Assembly (NCBI GenBank): GCA_964643985.1
Contig: CAZXUS010000004.1
Coordinates: 1-53,481 of the forward strand
Direction: 5' to 3'
Length of the DNA: 53,481 nucleotides
Source of the DNA: an uncultured Bdellovibrionales bacterium
GTDB taxonomy: Bacteria; Patescibacteriota; Minisyncoccia; Moranbacterales; DUUL01
Positions within the stretch are counted from its first letter, which is position 1, and the number at the start of each line of letters is the position of its first letter. Below are positions 49,605-53,481 of the stretch, piece by piece. The notes under the pieces are model-generated. The model worked only from the letters and a program-made list of their open reading frames with translations. It had not been told where the DNA came from and ran no database searches. The position numbers and the translations under genes were made by a program.

Positions 49605-49615
49605 AAATATTCTCC

Positions 49616-49735
49616 TTAAGCCTGAATCAGGCTTTTTATTTTCGTAAAAACCACAACCGGAGCACAAACCCAAAATACAGGAGAAAACAGCGCCGGAACA
49701 ACATTAGCCACAATTTCAATCAACATTTTTTTCAT
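49616..49735 (-). CDS. 39-aa hydrophobic peptide (not in ORF track)
   Basis: MKKMLIEIVANVVPALFSPVFWVCAPVVVFTKIKSLIQA; SD AAGGAAGGAG; stop overlaps the next SD (TAAGGAG). Confidence 0.65.
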   Translation of the reverse strand: MKKMLIEIVANVVPALFSPVFWVCAPVVVFTKIKSLIQA

Positions 49736-49864
49736 TTTCTCCTTCCTTAAATTTTCAAGGTTAATTTTTTATTTAAAAAATTCCGGATTAATTTCAAAAC
49801 TGAAAAATCAACACGCAATTTTCAAAAATATTTTAATAAATTTATTATTTTTAATTTTCTTATT

Positions 49865-50074
49865 TTATTTATGACAACAGCAGATAATAAATGAAACCAT
49901 CCAGGCCAAACCGACAATTGCCATTAAAATTAATAATTTTGTCAATAAATACTGAGCATCAAAATCATTTAATCCGTTGGCTTTTCTGAAATAACTAATC
50001 CCCAACGCTATTGAAAAAAATAAAAAAGTTATAGTTTCAATTTTGAACCAAATTGGCAATTCTTTTTTTTTCAT
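49865..50074 (-). CDS. Small two-TM protein
   Basis: 69 aa, two hydrophobic segments, ends ICCCHK. Confidence 0.6.
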   Translation of the reverse strand: MKKKELPIWFKIETITFLFFSIALGISYFRKANGLNDFDAQYLLTKLLILMAIVGLAWMVSFIICCCHK

Positions 50075-50126
50075 TGTTTTGTTTTAATTTTTATTTTTTA
50101 AAAAATATTTTTATATTTTTTTACAC

Positions 50127-50154
50127 AAAAACCAAGCAAAAAGCTTGGTTTTTT
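50127..50154. terminator. Terminator-like hairpin in a leader region
   Basis: aaaaaccaagc-aaaaa-gcttggtttttt. Confidence 0.65.
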
Positions 50155-50306
50155 ATTTTATATTCAATTTTTTTAACTTGAAATATCCTGCGCAATCCAA
50201 AATATTCGTTCCTGCGACCAGAAAATCTTCTTATGTATATTTCTATTTTTTTAAATAAATAATTTTTCATTTGATCTGAAATTAATTGTTTACTTCAGAT
50301 ATTAAT

Positions 50307-50369
50307 ACTATACCTCATAAATAATATTTGTCAAGGTAAAATGAAACAAATTTATTGCATTGTTTCATT
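50307..50369 (-). promoter_or_regulatory. Promoter with adjacent 10-bp inverted repeat (candidate operator)
   Basis: TTGACA (50334-50329), 16 nt, TATAGT; aatgaaacaa-N10-ttgtttcatt at 50340-50369. Confidence 0.55.
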
Positions 50370-50539
50370 CACAGCTTAAAACAAAGCTTATCTCACATTT
50401 TTTATGTTAAATTATTTTGGACAATGTTTAAAAAATGACTCTAAAATAATTTTTAAGAACTTATTTTTAAGAACTATTGTAAAAATTATTTAAACATGTC
50501 ATAATTTTCAATCGATAAAATATTTAAATTTTAAAAACG

Positions 50540-51253
50540 ATGCAAAGCTATAATTATCTATCAAGTGAACTTACTAAGCTAGGCTTAACCAAAAAAGAAG
50601 CTGATATCTATCTAGCGCTTTTGGAAGTGGGTTATTGTAGTGTTCAAAAAATTGCCGAAAAACTCGAATTAAGTCGACCGACTGTCTATAGAGTTTTAAA
50701 AGACCTCAAAAAGAAAAATTTAATTAACACCATCGAAAAAGGAAAAAGAAACCATTACATCGCCGGCTCTCCGGATTCTCTTTTGAATATGCTTAGAGTC
50801 AAAAAGAGAAAAGCTGAAGAACAAGAACGAGAGTTTTTGAGAATTATCAATACCCTTCAAGACCAATACAGTTTTTCTTCCAAAAAAAATGTTATTGAAA
50901 ATTTTATCGATAAAAAAAGACAACTTGCCTTGGACAAGCTATCTAATGGCTCTACTCAAAAAATTTATGTTATTTCAACTTATTTTGACAAAGAACTTGA
51001 TGAAACTTTTTCTAATATTCATAAAAAACTAGGCTTTGCATTTCAAATCAAACAACTTCATTCTTTTGAAATAAAAAAAGACACAGACATTTTTTTTCAA
51101 AACAAATTTTTTAAAAACGATTTAGATACCAAAAACATAGTCATCACCGATAAAGTTTTTATTATCAAAAAAAACATCATCCACATAGTCAAAGAAAAAG
51201 ACGTCATCAATTCCTACAAATTAATGTTCAATTCCCTTTGGAAAAATTTATAA
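50540..51253 (+). CDS. TrmB-family HTH transcriptional regulator
   Basis: LGLTKKEADIYLALL..IAEKLELSRPTVYRVLKDL..Y.A.SP. Confidence 0.9.
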   Translation: MQSYNYLSSELTKLGLTKKEADIYLALLEVGYCSVQKIAEKLELSRPTVYRVLKDLKKKNLINTIEKGKRNHYIAGSPDSLLNMLRVKKRKAEEQEREFLRIINTLQDQYSFSSKKNVIENFIDKKRQLALDKLSNGSTQKIYVISTYFDKELDETFSNIHKKLGFAFQIKQLHSFEIKKDTDIFFQNKFFKNDLDTKNIVITDKVFIIKKNIIHIVKEKDVINSYKLMFNSLWKNL

Positions 51254-51264
51254 AAAAAGAATTT

Positions 51265-51389
51265 CAATTCAAAAAAAACAGTTTTTCGCTAAGGCTGTCT
51301 TTTTATTTCTGTAATATAGATCCTATTTAAAAATATTTTTATAATAAAAAAGGCGAGAGGTTTTTCTCAAAAACCACTCGCCATTTATT
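51265..51389. repeat. Right direct repeat: back-to-back terminator module
   Basis: Diverged copy of 41042-41170. Confidence 0.85.
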
Positions 51390-51416
51390 GTATTTTTTTC
51401 ATTAATCTAATTAAAA

Positions 51417-53159
51417 TTAAGGAAACCTCCGTTTAATCCTGCTTGTCCTTCTTTCAATTTTTGGTCTTATAATTAGTCGTCTTTCTCTTCTAATAGGAAG
51501 AATTATTCCAAGCCGAGAATCCCTGCTAAAGATTATTTCTTCTCTACTTTTTAAAACAATTTTGACAAGAGGAGATTCCGTTGCTGTTATGGTTATTGTT
51601 TTTGATTGAGAAAAACCATAATAGTCTTCAACGGTAAGGGTGGCATAAAAAACTCCAGCTTCAGCAAAAGTATGAGTTGGGTTTATGACGGGAGTAGTAT
51701 TTCCGTCTCCGAAGTTCCAATCCCAATACAAAATATCACCGATTGATTGGTCGGTAAAATTAACAGTTAAGGGAGCAGAACCAGAGATTTGATCAGAGAT
51801 AAACTCAGGAATAATTTGAGGAAGAGCGATTTCTAATTTTCCGTATTCGTCCGATTTTGATTCGTCAGAAACATCGCGGTCATCACCGTCTTCAGTTTCA
51901 ATGTCAGTATAGAAATAAAGAGTAAGCTCTCCTTCTGTGCGGTTTTGTTCGGTTATAGGAAAAGTGAAGGAGTGTTTTCAGAAACCGTCACAGTTTTGAA
52001 ATCCTCACTGATAGAAATTCTGATTCTGCCAGAGTGTTTAGATTCTTTTTCACCTTCGTCTATATCGACATCTTCATCTTCAAGGCGATATCTCTTATCA
52101 GGATTAAAGTCTTTCTTGTCTTTAACCACCAGATAATCGATGTCAATATTTTGAAGATCATAATTAGATTTGTTTTTACCTCTAACTTCCATTTCTATAT
52201 CATAAGCTTGTCCAGGCGCCATACTGATATCTACTTCGTGATGCCAGGAACCTTCCTTGTAGGGTCGGATTTTGCAATGAGTGATGTGAATGTCGGTGGA
52301 AGAGGTGCAAGACTTCTTCAACTGGAAGCGGGTAAATTGCGTTGCCAGATGAATCAACAACTCCTTCATTATTATAACTTTCACCTTTTGACCAATCAGG
52401 TTCAGATCCGAAACCACAATAATATGGTTCAAAATCACCTATTTGACCCTTTCCCTCTCCTCCCATATACCACAAAAAACGGTCTTGAGAAAACAAAGAT
52501 TCTCGAGGCGGGCGTATATTGAAAAAATTGTTCCCGTCTGAATCGCTCTTCGCAAGAAACCAACCAGCAAACTCACTTTTAACAAATGAACCATACCGAT
52601 CATATCTATCTTCAAAATCGTTTTTAAGTGAATAGACATCCCCAACTGATTGAACCTGGACTTCATATTTAGCCACATCAACATTGGAATGTTTCTTGAA
52701 GGGAAAAGTTGCGGTATACCATCTATTGGCCGTTAATTTTGACGGATCATTGATAGCCAGAGTATACTTATTGACACTATCAGATTGATAATTATCATCA
52801 TACCTCAAATTGCCGAAAAACCCATAAACTTGAACATCTTCCAAATCATCCGAATCAAAAACGCCAGAATGATCTATGATATCAATTTCAAAACCCATCA
52901 GTTTCCTTCTTCCGTCAGAAAAAGTTTGTTTGTAAAAATCGATATTATCATCAGAAAGATAAAAACCCACGATAACCACATTTTCTGCCTTACAAACCTT
53001 GATACCTCCTTTTTGAGGAATATATTCATTATTTATATCAATATCCCAAACATCAGGACTTTCATCTTCGATATTCGACAAAACCATTGCCGAAGAAAAC
53101 GATACCAAACAAACCAAGCTGAAAAATAATCCTATTGTTATAGAAATAAGTTTCTTCAT
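51417..53159 (-). pseudogene. Secreted PKD-domain protein split over three frames
   Basis: Signal peptide and SD GGAGG at 53159; shifts near 52310 and 51975; last frame reads GSAPLTVNFTDQS..WDWNFGDG..NPTHTF..TLTV (PKD). Confidence 0.8.
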
Positions 53160-53481
53160 AACGCTACCTCCAGTTGCTCTTGTTTAATGTGATTTTAGGT
53201 AGTGAAAAACAAAACTTCTTTTAGTTCTTTTAACCTCCTTTTTTTGTCAAAATTCTTAAATTGAAAAACTACTGTTTTTCTTAGGAGAGATTATATGAAT
53301 AATCTCTCATCAAGAAAAATACTAATTATTCGTTTTCTCAATAAATTTAAATGATTCCAAAATGGTTCTTTCTATTTCTGGGTTGTGGTTTGGTTCTTGA
53401 TGTCTGATTGTCAACATATAACCCAACTTATTATCAATAAAAAAATATAAATCCCAAATATAGCCAAAATTATCCACCCAA

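Noticed and set aside
49605-49673. Cys-containing N-terminal extension (MGLCSGCG..) of the 422-aa track ORF
   Set aside because: An SD-supported ATG at 49604 and an overlapping SD-led 39-aa ORF explain the region better.
981-53129. Many short ORFs antisense to or overlapping real genes (e.g. 981-1412, 4314-4778, 20685-21014, 25651-25989, 52034-52522)
   Set aside because: Shadows of well-supported genes; no motifs or start signals.
1-53481. tRNA, rRNA, riboswitch, prophage or diversity-generating retroelement
   Set aside because: No cloverleaf, rRNA, known aptamer, phage structural gene or reverse transcriptase recognised by eye; a covariance-model scan is needed to exclude divergent RNAs.

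Overview
AT-rich window from a Patescibacteria (CPR, Parcubacteria-like, possibly Moranbacteria) chromosome. The taxonomy is inferred from protein style and gene content; the genetic code is 11. Most genes are on the minus strand. Core genes are the str cluster (rpsL-rpsG-fusA-tuf, tuf truncated by the window), a reduced dcw cluster (mraZ-rsmH-ftsL-ftsI-murF-pilin-ftsA-ftsZ), rmuC-dnaG-rpoD and a four-subunit pyruvate:ferredoxin oxidoreductase operon. Accessory content: (i) a ~10 kb island bracketed by ~128-bp imperfect direct repeats, encoding a small hydrophobic peptide, an acyl-ACP-reductase-like enzyme, a 7TM histidine kinase, an MMPL/LolA-like/beta-barrel trio and a TrmB regulator; (ii) a ClpP-like protease + PIN-like gene pair bracketed by double 12-bp palindromes next to an AbrB-like gene; (iii) orphan genes with promoter, boxA-like motif, strong Shine-Dalgarno and related terminators, whereas the housekeeping genes checked lack an SD. 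Intergenic DNA holds at least five repeat families, some nested. Three genes are interrupted. No rRNA, tRNA, CRISPR array, transposase or integrase was recognised. All calls are by eye, without database searches.
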